In this document: positions 32,692 to 42,471 of the stretch, piece after piece
How the letters are laid out: the number at the start of each line of letters is the position of its first letter
How positions within the stretch are numbered: the first letter of the stretch is position 1
NCBI GenBank assembly: GCA_913047675.1
Contig: CAJWTO010000002.1
Coordinates: 6,833-70,832, forward strand
Direction: 5' to 3'
Length of the DNA stretch: 64,000 nucleotides
Source of the DNA: an uncultured Pseudomonadota bacterium
GTDB taxonomy: Bacteria > Pseudomonadota > Gammaproteobacteria > Ga0077536
Notes under the pieces: generated by a model
Seen by the model: the letters and a program-made list of their open reading frames with translations, nothing else
Databases searched by the model: none
What the model was told of the DNA's origin: nothing
Program-made: the position numbers and the translations under genes

Positions 32692-33084
32692 CTAATTTTC
32701 AAAAGAGGCTCTTAGTATTTCAGTATCTAAGTATTCAGTTACCGCCGTAATTTTATCGCCAGACCATTTGTATACCCAGCAGTAGGTATTATTATATGTG
32801 CCGCCAGATATAGTTTTTGATTCGCCCCTGCCTTGGCAAACGAGATAGTCACCTTCCGAAATTAGGTTGTCCACGAATATATGAAGATGACCGTCAAGTA
32901 GCTCGGACAATGGACCGAGAAGTCGCCCGGTGACTTCCTCCATTCCTTTATACAGTCCAGAGAATTTTGTGTCTCCAATTATTCGCCACTGAACGCTGTC
33001 GTCAAATAACCCCATTAACGGCCCTGAATCACCATTGGCTAACGCGTTAAACCCAGCCGTAATTAGTTCTTTGTGCTTGTTCAT
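32692..33084 (-). CDS. NTF2-like / SnoaL-like domain protein
   Basis: It is about 130 aa with an NTF2-like alpha+beta cone pattern. It sits at the distal end of the minus-strand operon. Confidence 0.4.
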   Translation of the reverse strand: MNKHKELITAGFNALANGDSGPLMGLFDDSVQWRIIGDTKFSGLYKGMEEVTGRLLGPLSELLDGHLHIFVDNLISEGDYLVCQGRGESKTISGGTYNNTYCWVYKWSGDKITAVTEYLDTEILRASFEN

Positions 33085-33117
33085 TACTACTCCTTTAGTG
33101 TACTGACGTGTACTAAG

Positions 33118-34290
33118 CTAAATTTTTAATTCTTCTGTTACTAATTGTACAAAATAGCTTGCTCCCACCGGTATGATTTCATCATTAAAATCATAATGTG
33201 CACTATGTAGCATACACCCTCCTTCTCCTGGCCCGTTACCAAGGAACGCATAGCATCCGGGTTTTTCTTGCAGCATATAACCAAAATCTTCAGAGCCGGT
33301 TACCATTTCTACGTTAGCGTTTACTGATTCGTTTCCGCATACTGACCGTGCAGCTTTTGCTGCCAGCTCTGTTTCTGCTGAGGAGTTAACTGTCGGGGGA
33401 AATCGCTTTTCATACCACCAATTGAAATCGCAATTACTCGCGGTACAAATCCCTGAAGTTATTTCTTTCATACGTTGTTCTATCAATTTTTGAACGTTAG
33501 GCGTGAAGCTCCGAACGGTACCTTTTAGTACGATCTCTTTGGGAACCACGGCCCAGGCATCTCCAGCATGAAATTGAGTGACTGATACCACTGCGGTATC
33601 GGTAGGGCTGAGATTTCTAGATACGATATTTTGTAACGCGAGTACTACTTGGGAACCAACTGGGATAGGATCAATCACTAAGTGGGGCAACGCGGCGTGG
33701 CCACCTTTACCAATAATTTTTATTTCAAACACATCCATTGCAGCCATTATTGGACCACTACGCATTGCAATTTCACCAATCGGAAGGCCGGGCCAGTTAT
33801 GAATCGCGTAGACTGACTCCATGGGAAAATCTTCAAATAGCCCATCATCTATCATGGCCTTGGCACCAGCTTCCCCTTCTTCGGCAGGTTGGAAGATAAA
33901 ATGCACGATACCGTCAAAATTTCTATTTTTAGAAAGATATTCAGCAGCGGCAAGGAGTGTTGCCGAATGACCATCATGTCCGCATGCGTGCATTATTCCC
34001 GCATGCTTTGACTTGTGTGCGAAAGTATTTAGCTCGTTTATTGGCAACGCGTCCATGTCAGCTCGAAGCCCGATTGAACGATCGCTATTTCCCGATCTTA
34101 TAGTTCCGACTAATCCGGTTTTGCCTAACCCGCGGACGATCGGAATACCAAAACTCTCTAGTTTTTCAGCAATAAAGTTAGAGGTTTCGTTTTCTTTATA
34201 GGCGAGTTCGGGTATCGAGTGCAGTTGTTTACGCCAGCCCATGTATTTTGAATTATTTTCCGTGATTTCTTTTATTACAGTCATAGACAA
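33118..34290 (-). CDS. M20 family amidohydrolase (hippurate hydrolase / aminoacylase-like)
   Basis: It has the metal-binding motif MHACGHDGH and an M20D-family layout. Confidence 0.75.
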   Translation of the reverse strand: MSMTVIKEITENNSKYMGWRKQLHSIPELAYKENETSNFIAEKLESFGIPIVRGLGKTGLVGTIRSGNSDRSIGLRADMDALPINELNTFAHKSKHAGIMHACGHDGHSATLLAAAEYLSKNRNFDGIVHFIFQPAEEGEAGAKAMIDDGLFEDFPMESVYAIHNWPGLPIGEIAMRSGPIMAAMDVFEIKIIGKGGHAALPHLVIDPIPVGSQVVLALQNIVSRNLSPTDTAVVSVTQFHAGDAWAVVPKEIVLKGTVRSFTPNVQKLIEQRMKEITSGICTASNCDFNWWYEKRFPPTVNSSAETELAAKAARSVCGNESVNANVEMVTGSEDFGYMLQEKPGCYAFLGNGPGEGGCMLHSAHYDFNDEIIPVGASYFVQLVTEELKI

Positions 34291-34340
34291 ATACCATAGG
34301 CTAAAATTAGCTGATGTGCCAATATTTTGAGAGCTTTAAA

Positions 34341-35114
34341 CTAAGTTTGGTAATAACCGAACGCGTTCCATCCGCCATCGATTATCAGCGTTTCACCGGT
34401 CATGAAGTTCGCATCTTCGCTAGCAACAAAATTTACTGCATTAGCAACATCTGCGCCTGTTCCTAGCCTTCTTTGCGGGGTTCGCCTTTCTAGGTCAGAT
34501 AGTTTTAATTTCCCCTCTCGAGCAAGCTGATCAATTAACTCGGTCCTAATGTAGCCAGGTGAAATACAATTTACGCGAATACCAAATCGTGCCCATTCTA
34601 TAGCCATGACTTTTGTCATTTGATCAACGGCAGCCTTCGAGGCACAGTAACCTAGCGTGGCTGGAAAGGCATTTTGACCAAGAATAGAGCCGATGTTAAT
34701 GATACATCCACCTCCATTTTCTTTCATTTGATGCGCCACTGCTTGGGAGCACAAAAAAATAGATTTACAGTTGATATCCATGTGGATGTCCCAGTTTTCT
34801 TCACTCATTTCCATGGTCAGCATAGGTTTTGAGATCCCCGCATTGTTAACAAGTATGTCAACGGAACCATAGTTTTGATGAATTAAAGCAAACGAGTCTT
34901 TAACCATATCCGGATCTTCTACTCGGCACCCGATAGACATCCCTTGGCCACCTGCCGCTTCAATGTCTGCTACGGTAGTATCTGCATTTTCGGCAATCGT
35001 CGCGGTACAGACTACTCGGGCGCCCTGGCTGGCTAATGATAAAGCAATTGATTTGCCGATTCCTCGGCTCGCGCCGGTTACAACAGCTACTTTACCAATG
35101 AATTTTTTTGACAC
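34341..35114 (-). CDS. SDR family oxidoreductase
   Basis: It has the cofactor motif TGASRGIGKS and the catalytic YxxxK (YCASK). Confidence 0.8.
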   Translation of the reverse strand: MSKKFIGKVAVVTGASRGIGKSIALSLASQGARVVCTATIAENADTTVADIEAAGGQGMSIGCRVEDPDMVKDSFALIHQNYGSVDILVNNAGISKPMLTMEMSEENWDIHMDINCKSIFLCSQAVAHQMKENGGGCIINIGSILGQNAFPATLGYCASKAAVDQMTKVMAIEWARFGIRVNCISPGYIRTELIDQLAREGKLKLSDLERRTPQRRLGTGADVANAVNFVASEDANFMTGETLIIDGGWNAFGYYQT

Positions 35115-35144
35115 GTTACAAAGTTCCTTTATGTCCCAGTGGTT

Positions 35145-35876
35145 TTAGTAAGTCCAGTTTTCGGAGTAGGGCCGGATCTCAATTTCGTTACTCCAAGCAG
35201 ATTTTGGTTGCTCGTGCGTCCACCAATAGGTCTCTGCAACATCATCTACATTACTAGTTTTATCAATCTCAAATTCGTCGCCCATCCATTGTCGAACATC
35301 AGGTACATCTAACTCACAGTCCAGCCGAACGTGAGTCACATGTACGCCGTTTTTGCCGTAGGCTTTGGCTAAGCTCTGCGAGAGACCACGTAGACCAAAT
35401 TTGCCGATTGCGTACAGGGGGTTTGTACCGGATCCGCGGAAGGCCGCTGTTGCACTGGAGAATATTATATTTCCGCTTGATTTGGTTAGCATATCAGGGA
35501 GCACAGATTTAGCTGCTGCGAATGCACCTACCACTTCAAGATTTAATATAGATTCAACGTCGTTATAGGACATGTCTAGCGGGTCATTAGGGGCATAGCC
35601 ACCTCTTACGTTGTATATCAGAGTAGTAATATCGCCTTTGTTCAGGATAATTTTTTTTAGGGTGTCTTCTAATTCCTTTGGCTTGGTGGCATCCGCTTGA
35701 TAATACTCATGTGCTAGCTCTGGCGCTGCTTCTTGAGCTGCGATAAGTGCTGCTGAGCCACCTTCCTCCGATCGAGTGATTAGCGCTAGCGTGTAGCCTC
35801 CTTTGGCAAAACGTCGGGCCAGGGCCTGTCCTAACCCTTGGCCTGCGCCAATAATCGCACATATTTTATTTTTCAT
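35145..35876 (-). CDS. SDR family oxidoreductase
   Basis: It has the Rossmann motif IGAGQGLG and the catalytic YAIGK. It overlaps the MFS gene by 4 nt. Confidence 0.65.
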   Translation of the reverse strand: MKNKICAIIGAGQGLGQALARRFAKGGYTLALITRSEEGGSAALIAAQEAAPELAHEYYQADATKPKELEDTLKKIILNKGDITTLIYNVRGGYAPNDPLDMSYNDVESILNLEVVGAFAAAKSVLPDMLTKSSGNIIFSSATAAFRGSGTNPLYAIGKFGLRGLSQSLAKAYGKNGVHVTHVRLDCELDVPDVRQWMGDEFEIDKTSNVDDVAETYWWTHEQPKSAWSNEIEIRPYSENWTY

Positions 35877-37120
35877 ACTCGCCCTTTGCTGATTTTTTTG
35901 ATTAAAATAATAGTAGTAAGTAATCCAGTTAGCGATAACAAGGTTAGCAGAGAAAAATAATACGTATAACCCTGAGCCCCTGGAAATGCATCTAGGATCC
36001 TGCCCGCTAATGGCGAAAAAAATATGTCAGGGCTATACCCTATCACTGATATTATCCCGACAGTAGTTCCAGTCAATCTAGTGGGAGTCTGGGTTTCTGC
36101 TAAAAGCGCGAAGTAAACGCCCCGTAATGCAAACACTGTGAGAAAAGTGATCATAAGTGTGACAAATATAATGTTGGCTAGAGCGATTTGTCCGTTCATA
36201 ATGACATTGCCGATGTAGCCGCCTGATGACAATAGAAATGACCATTTTATAACACTACTCGCTAGAAACCGATCAGCTAGAAATCCCGCAAGCACGGCTG
36301 CCACTGGTCTCAGGAACGCCATGTATGCCATGAATTTTGCGGATTCTATTTCACTTAGTCTCAAGACTTCGTGCACGTAAAGACCATAATTATCAAGACC
36401 TTTATAACCGCAGTATGCGCAGAAGATAATTAATGCTTTTAGCCAAACTACTGGTCTACTTAGCACAGTCAGCAGAGTATTCTTCGGCATTGAATCAGGG
36501 ACATTGCCCCTGCTTTGAGTTGGGAGACATATAAGAACAAGTAGTGCCGCCATAGCGGTTGCTAGGCTGTAGGAGAGGATAACAATGGTCAGGGCTGATT
36601 TTCTTTCAGCCACTTCAATGAGATCTGTCGGTGGGAGTGCGCTAGAGAAAAGCCACACCCCGACACTTGCAAAGATAGCTGCTATCAGACCACGCCCACC
36701 GTCTAAAAAGCCGAAAGCTTTTCCCTGTGAAGTATCTCCTCCCCAGGCTCTTGTGGCTCGCATTAAGCCAGCCCAAAATAAGAATATGGTGGTAAATCCC
36801 CAGTACCCATAGAGAATACCAAGATTGAAAGTATCGGGTATGCTAGAAAAATAGATTCCTCCTAGGGCTGTTAAAATCAGGGACACTATGATGAGGTATT
36901 TAGGATCGAAGCGATCGGCCAGAATCCCGCCCGGGAAGTAAGCTAGGATTGCCGTTATTCCGTACACGGCAAAGATATCTCCAAGAGCAGTATTTGTTAG
37001 ACTAAATGCTTCAAGCAAGGAAGGTCGGAAGTAGCGTGGAACATGGAATGGCAGGCTGAATATTAGCTCACCGGCTATAATTAGAGAGATAAGTGCCCAA
37101 AAACGTCGCTGTTTACTCAT
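35873..37120 (-). CDS. MFS transporter
   Basis: It has 12 predicted hydrophobic segments across 415 aa. Confidence 0.65.
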   Translation of the reverse strand: MSKQRRFWALISLIIAGELIFSLPFHVPRYFRPSLLEAFSLTNTALGDIFAVYGITAILAYFPGGILADRFDPKYLIIVSLILTALGGIYFSSIPDTFNLGILYGYWGFTTIFLFWAGLMRATRAWGGDTSQGKAFGFLDGGRGLIAAIFASVGVWLFSSALPPTDLIEVAERKSALTIVILSYSLATAMAALLVLICLPTQSRGNVPDSMPKNTLLTVLSRPVVWLKALIIFCAYCGYKGLDNYGLYVHEVLRLSEIESAKFMAYMAFLRPVAAVLAGFLADRFLASSVIKWSFLLSSGGYIGNVIMNGQIALANIIFVTLMITFLTVFALRGVYFALLAETQTPTRLTGTTVGIISVIGYSPDIFFSPLAGRILDAFPGAQGYTYYFSLLTLLSLTGLLTTIILIKKISKGRV

Positions 37121-37147
37121 TCTATTGTTAATTTGTGTAAATCGGGA

Positions 37148-37564
37148 CTAGCTCGTATGAATCAGTCCCGGATGCGCTTGTTTAAGGAGAGTAGCTGCCT
37201 CACGTGCTTCACTTTCAGTAGCAAAGACCCTGTCTTTGAAAAGAATTACGGGTACGTTCGGATCGACGCAAAGTTGGCCTACTGCGTACTGTCCTTTTTT
37301 TGGAGATAAGACTATATACCAGCCGGTAACTGGCCCAGGTTTATAGCCATTAAGTTTGTACAAAAGTTTTGCAAAGTCGGCGTAGGGACCGCTAGGGTCA
37401 ATCGTTTCAAGATGCTCAGTACTGCCGAATTCGGCTGTTTCTTCCCATTGCCATGGAAGAGCTCCCTCGACATTGCTACCCATCGACTCTTGTCCTCTAA
37501 GTGCTGGGTGGAGCCACCAATAGTGATCTCGTTCCAGTTCGACCTCTTTTTCTTCTTCTCTCAA
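37148..37564 (-). CDS. hypothetical protein (138 aa), translationally coupled to the DMFase-like large subunit
   Basis: It has a 4-nt ATGA-type overlap with the upstream large-subunit gene. I recognised no family for it. Confidence 0.4.
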   Translation of the reverse strand: MREEEKEVELERDHYWWLHPALRGQESMGSNVEGALPWQWEETAEFGSTEHLETIDPSGPYADFAKLLYKLNGYKPGPVTGWYIVLSPKKGQYAVGQLCVDPNVPVILFKDRVFATESEAREAATLLKQAHPGLIHTS

Positions 37565-39969
37565 GGCAGCGCCCCTGCTTTTAAGAATCCGTTTAGAACG
37601 TTCTGCATAATTTGCGAAACGTTGTTTTTATAATCATTGTGCTGCAAAGAACCACACCATGACATCGAACCTACCGAAAATACAGCGCCATCATTGGGTG
37701 TTTTATAGTAGACGATATCGGCGCGCGTCCAAGGATTATTGTCGCCAGTACCTCCTTGAGTATAGCCTCTCGCATTGAATGTCGATTCTTCCGTAACAGA
37801 CACAAAAATATCATTATGTCCCTCAGAGTGAGCGAGAAGGTAGGCTCTATTTGGAGTCCCTAGTTCTAAATCATACCGGTCAAGTTCCAATCCTGCAGCA
37901 CCTCCGCCGACAAGACCAAAATTACCGATGACTTCGTCCGACCCGATCCCTTTCATTATCCATTTACATTCAGGTAGCTCACTATCGGGAGCTCTGCGAT
38001 AGTATGACGAGTAGGTTAATCCAAACGAGGTAAAAGTGACGCCTAATAATTTACTCATCGCTCGACCTCTCACTCGCCAGAGTCCGCCATGCTTTCCGTC
38101 GAAAGCATTGCAGTACTCTCCTGGATTAATAGTCCATGCGCGAGTTCCATTATCGCCTTTTCTAACTTCCACGATATTTGGGTTGTCAGGATGCGGCACA
38201 GTGATCCAATAAAAGCCGTTAGCAGCTAAATATAAGAATCTTCCTCCCTGTAGTTGATAGTCATGATAAGCATCCATTTGCTCTTCAGAGATATATTCCG
38301 GATGATGTCCTGTTAATACGATTGGATAACGGTTTAAAAGATCTACGCCTTCTCTCTGAACGTCTTCGTCTGTATAGATGTCGACGTCATAATCGAGTTC
38401 GTGTAGCCAATCAACTAAATGCAGATCGGCATTAAACTGCCAAATGGATGGTGATAGTACATGCAGATACTTTGGTCGCATATTAAGGATTGGGCGAAGT
38501 CTTGACGATACATTGACGCCCCAGCCATCGCGATAGGATGCATAGGTACCAAGCCCGTAACCTCTTTCTTGATTTAGAAGTAAATCACCTGGCTGCAGCA
38601 GAGGCACTTGCCCTGTTAGCAATTGCGCCACGACAGAGTTTACGCTGAGATTATCGTTGGCGTAAGCCATGTAACTATGAGTCGGCATAATGAGTGCAAT
38701 TTTTGCCGTGGTAGTTCCTTTGGGCGGTCTGACAAAAAACGGGATATAGTCTTCGTATTCAGGTGTTGATTGGCCTTTTACTCTTAAGCGAGCAGCGTAA
38801 ACACCGCTAACCATCCTATCAGGAATTTTCATAGTGAAACTAGGTCGCCAACGAGCATCGTCAACGGTCTCATCATGAAAGTGAATAGCTCCGTATTCTT
38901 GTGGCCCGTGGATAAAACTCATGAAGTGTGAGGACCAGTTGTGTCCCGGTGTACCTCGCACGGGCAAGTTAATTGCCACTCCATGTAGTCTATGAGGCCC
39001 CATATCTACGATGTGCGTAGAGGCCGCATTATCACGTATATTCGCGCTAAAATCCCATGCAGCAACTACGCTCTCTCTAAGCTCTGTTGGAATAGCTTCC
39101 ATTCTTGGGGCACCCATTATCAGCTCGATTTCGGCTCTGCTTAAGGCGCGGTTAGTTATACGTGGTCGATCTATTTTACCGTTATATTTTTGAGTATGCT
39201 CTGGAATAGCCCATGGCTCGGCGAGCTGGCCATAGTGCGCACCTGAAACAGTTCGTCCACAGTCGGGGTCCTTTGCACTAGAGGCCATCATAAATGGCGC
39301 TGAAGTTATTTTTGCCGGCCCATTTTTTACTTTAAAATTTTTCTCCGCCTCAGTATCTGACCGAGGATGCAGCATGCTCGGTCCATGACCTCCGTTAGTA
39401 GCAGTTAAGTAAGGCACCTGGCAGATAAAGCCTTTGCCGTTACTCGCGTCATAACTGACCATGACCTTGTACCAGACTTTCCGCATCATTGCCTTTTTGG
39501 TGCTAAAGGTTTCTATTTTTCCTCGACCTTTTCCAATTTTAAATTCCAGCGCCCCTGCGTCGTTAATAAATAGCCCGTATCCTACTTTTTTGGAGTCGTC
39601 CCACTTTCCTAACAGAGCTTGTTCTCCAACCGCGACACCCTCTGTATCAACAACCGGCGTTGTAGGATAGATATAGGCACACATAGTCAGACTTTCTAAA
39701 TCAAATAGCTCACTTTGAGGGCCTAAAATATAGCTACCCGCCATAAGTGGCTGATTTGCCCCTTTGTACTTTCCGTTGACGCTCGTACGAAATACTTTTT
39801 CTTTGAATCCAGGACCTTCAGGGTTGGTGTCGCCGTTGATTAGTCTAACAATATCTGATTGATACGGTTCACCAAATTCACTATGAACGTAGAAGGTGAT
39901 TTCATCTCCAGGCTCCACCGAGCATTGATCAGAATACCCCGTAATACGCAACATTGAATTTTGTTTCAT
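37561..39969 (-). CDS. N,N-dimethylformamidase large (beta) subunit family protein, paralogue 1
   Basis: It is 802 aa, preceded by a 140-aa small-subunit-like gene. It aligns along its full length with the 755-aa paralogue at 51790-54057. Shared blocks include SSRLRPILNMRPKY, FGLVGGGAAGLELDR and YGAIHFHD. The SD GGGAG lies upstream of the ATG. Confidence 0.55.
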   Translation of the reverse strand: MKQNSMLRITGYSDQCSVEPGDEITFYVHSEFGEPYQSDIVRLINGDTNPEGPGFKEKVFRTSVNGKYKGANQPLMAGSYILGPQSELFDLESLTMCAYIYPTTPVVDTEGVAVGEQALLGKWDDSKKVGYGLFINDAGALEFKIGKGRGKIETFSTKKAMMRKVWYKVMVSYDASNGKGFICQVPYLTATNGGHGPSMLHPRSDTEAEKNFKVKNGPAKITSAPFMMASSAKDPDCGRTVSGAHYGQLAEPWAIPEHTQKYNGKIDRPRITNRALSRAEIELIMGAPRMEAIPTELRESVVAAWDFSANIRDNAASTHIVDMGPHRLHGVAINLPVRGTPGHNWSSHFMSFIHGPQEYGAIHFHDETVDDARWRPSFTMKIPDRMVSGVYAARLRVKGQSTPEYEDYIPFFVRPPKGTTTAKIALIMPTHSYMAYANDNLSVNSVVAQLLTGQVPLLQPGDLLLNQERGYGLGTYASYRDGWGVNVSSRLRPILNMRPKYLHVLSPSIWQFNADLHLVDWLHELDYDVDIYTDEDVQREGVDLLNRYPIVLTGHHPEYISEEQMDAYHDYQLQGGRFLYLAANGFYWITVPHPDNPNIVEVRKGDNGTRAWTINPGEYCNAFDGKHGGLWRVRGRAMSKLLGVTFTSFGLTYSSYYRRAPDSELPECKWIMKGIGSDEVIGNFGLVGGGAAGLELDRYDLELGTPNRAYLLAHSEGHNDIFVSVTEESTFNARGYTQGGTGDNNPWTRADIVYYKTPNDGAVFSVGSMSWCGSLQHNDYKNNVSQIMQNVLNGFLKAGALP

Positions 39970-39992
39970 TTACTTGCTCCCTACTTTATTTT

Positions 39993-40415
39993 TTACATGC
40001 GTATTTCGTAATGAGCGCACAGTGATTTTAGTCTTTTACAGAAGATCGCATGCTCTGCGTCTTCTCTCGTACTATATTTTTCTTTAGTGATTTTTACCGC
40101 ATCACCTCGCGCTCCAGGCAGCACCCCGATTGAGTATTCTTTCCAAGGAATGGTTTCCACAATGGTATGTTTCCCCTTTTGTGGGAACATTCTCAACTTG
40201 TCGACTAACTTTTTTAATACGGGGCTCTGCAAAGGCGGTGGTGTTCCAGGTTGAGTCGCTCCACCTCTTGGAAATTGACGATGTTCTGCTATCAGCGCAT
40301 TACGTTTGTCTTTATCTTTCAGGTGCTCCAGGACATACATTCGCATGTCATAATCGTCTACAGCAGTCAGCGCGTAATTTTGCTGGAGTGCAGTTAATGT
40401 TTTGTTTTGAGCCAT
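39993..40415 (-). CDS. N,N-dimethylformamidase small (alpha) subunit-like protein, paralogue 1
   Basis: It is 140 aa and lies 23 nt upstream of the large subunit. It is homologous to the 108-aa ORF at 54116-54442 (FCKRLKSL vs FRKRWKSL tails). Confidence 0.45.
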   Translation of the reverse strand: MAQNKTLTALQQNYALTAVDDYDMRMYVLEHLKDKDKRNALIAEHRQFPRGGATQPGTPPPLQSPVLKKLVDKLRMFPQKGKHTIVETIPWKEYSIGVLPGARGDAVKITKEKYSTREDAEHAIFCKRLKSLCAHYEIRM

Positions 40416-40583
40416 TAGCCGTTACCTTGAATTTGTTTATCTTTGATAGGGGAAATTAAGCTTTTAATACAATAGCTACCATCACATCATTTTTTTTCAT
40501 TCATGTAAATGCGAATAGTGATTGAAATACCAACGAATGCAAATTAAAGGTAAAATAATCGAAAAATTTTATGGGAAAAGTTT

Positions 40584-41795
40584 ATGTACGCGAATATTAC
40601 AGCATCGACGGATGAATTAAAGCTTCAGTTAGAACAGTTCATGGGACAGCACGTTTATCCTAACGAGCATCGGTATCACGAAGAATTATCAGGCCTCGAA
40701 GATAGATTTTCTACTATCCCTCTTGTTGAAGAGCTAAAGACTTTAGCCAAAGAACAGGGTTTGTGGAACCTATTTATGCCAAAGGACCATGGCGGACTAA
40801 GCAATGCAGAATATGCGCCACTTGCCGAAATCATGGGTCGTGTTTATTGGAGCTCAGAAGTATTTAATTGTAATGCTCCGGATACAGGAAATATGGAGGT
40901 TTTTATAAAATATGCTACAGAACAGCAAAAAGCTGACTGGTTGCAGCCTCTCTTAGCCGGAGAAATACGTTCCTCTTTTGCTATGACCGAGCCGGATGTT
41001 GCCTCAAGCGATGCTACTAACGTACAAACCTCAATTGTGCGTGACGGTGATGAGTATGTGATTAATGGTTTAAAGTGGTTTATCACTGGTGCCATGTTCG
41101 AGAGGACCAAAATCTTTATCGTCATGGGGAAAACCGATCCAGAGAATCCTAATCGACATCTGCAACAGAGCCAAATTTTAGTTCCTAAAGATACTGATGG
41201 ACTCGTTATAACAAGACCGTTAACCACATTAGGCTACGATGATGCGCCTCAGGGGCATGCTGAGGTTAGGTTTGATAATGTGCGAGTTCCGGTCGAAAAT
41301 ATTTTACTTGGTGAGGGGCGGGGATTCGAGATCGCTCAAGGTCGACTGGGGCCTGGAAGGATCCATCATTGCATGCGACTAATTGGTGGCGCACAGAGGG
41401 CTCTAGAGCTTGCCTGTAAGCGAACAGTCTCCCGTTCGACTTTTGGTAAAACACTCTCTCAGCATCAATCAATTAGAGAAGATATCGCCAAGTCATTTTG
41501 TGAAATAGAACAGGCACGATTACTAACGATGAAAACGGCCGCTAAGATGGATGAACTAGGTGCGAAAAGCGCGATGGATTTTATAGCGGCGGCAAAAATC
41601 ACGGTACCTCTTATGGCACAAACTGTCATCGATCGATGCATGCAAATACACGGTGCCGGAGGCTTGACGGGTGATTATTGCATGGCGGAGGCTTTTAACT
41701 ACGCGAGATGGTGCCGACAGGCGGATGGTCCTGATCAAGTTCATATGATGGCGTTAGGCAAACAAATTATTAACCGCTACGCTTCCGACCACTGA
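40584..41795 (+). CDS. acyl-CoA dehydrogenase family protein
   Basis: It is ACAD-like over all three domains (403 aa). It is divergent from the DMFase-like locus 1. Confidence 0.8.
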   Translation: MYANITASTDELKLQLEQFMGQHVYPNEHRYHEELSGLEDRFSTIPLVEELKTLAKEQGLWNLFMPKDHGGLSNAEYAPLAEIMGRVYWSSEVFNCNAPDTGNMEVFIKYATEQQKADWLQPLLAGEIRSSFAMTEPDVASSDATNVQTSIVRDGDEYVINGLKWFITGAMFERTKIFIVMGKTDPENPNRHLQQSQILVPKDTDGLVITRPLTTLGYDDAPQGHAEVRFDNVRVPVENILLGEGRGFEIAQGRLGPGRIHHCMRLIGGAQRALELACKRTVSRSTFGKTLSQHQSIREDIAKSFCEIEQARLLTMKTAAKMDELGAKSAMDFIAAAKITVPLMAQTVIDRCMQIHGAGGLTGDYCMAEAFNYARWCRQADGPDQVHMMALGKQIINRYASDH

Positions 41796-41841
41796 TTGGA
41801 GCTTTTTTGATAAGTAGTGGTTCTAAATTTAGGTTATGCCT

Positions 41842-42354
41842 TTAGGATAACTCTGCAGAAAAACGTTTCCCGTTTTTAACGTAGCCTTCAGCGGATGCGG
41901 TGAGATTTGCTATTTGGGTCGCCGATAGTTCTCGAGCGACTTTCCCAGGCGAGCCAAGCACAAGGCTACCATCAGGTATCGTTTTCCCTTCAGTGATCAG
42001 GGCTCCTGCGCCGATCAGGCAGTTTTTTCCAATTGTAGCACCGTTCAAAATAACAGCATTTATTCCTATCAGCGAGTTATCCCCAATAGTGCATCCATGC
42101 AGCATGACTTTATGTCCTATAGTGCAATTAGACCCAATTGTTAAAGGGCAACCTGGATCGGTATGCAAAACCGATAAATCCTGCACATTGGAATTTTTTC
42201 CGATAGTGATGAGGTCATTATCGCCCCGTATAACAACCCCGAACCAGATGCTCGCATTATGTTTTAAGCGGACATTTCCAATAACAGACGCATCTGGCGC
42301 TATAAAACAGGCTCCTTCGTCTTGAACGTTGTTACTTCCCAAACTGTAAATCAT
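41842..42354 (-). CDS. gamma carbonic anhydrase family / hexapeptide-repeat protein (PaaY/CaiE-like)
   Basis: It has left-handed beta-helix hexapeptide repeats. Its N-terminus matches the gamma-CA family. Confidence 0.7.
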   Translation of the reverse strand: MIYSLGSNNVQDEGACFIAPDASVIGNVRLKHNASIWFGVVIRGDNDLITIGKNSNVQDLSVLHTDPGCPLTIGSNCTIGHKVMLHGCTIGDNSLIGINAVILNGATIGKNCLIGAGALITEGKTIPDGSLVLGSPGKVARELSATQIANLTASAEGYVKNGKRFSAELS

Positions 42355-42471
42355 GCCCTAGCTCCGCTTAGAAATGTGAAAACGAGACGATACCTTTATT
42401 ACATTAATAAAGACAAGTCCAAAATGTAAATTGTTAGATAGTTTGTTTCATCTCTAGTAATGTGTGTAGCC

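Noticed and set aside
37561-39969. The large ORFs as very large carbohydrate-active or peptidase enzymes
   Set aside because: There is no signal peptide. A small ORF of about 110-140 aa immediately upstream is conserved in both copies. This fits the two-subunit DMFase-like family better.
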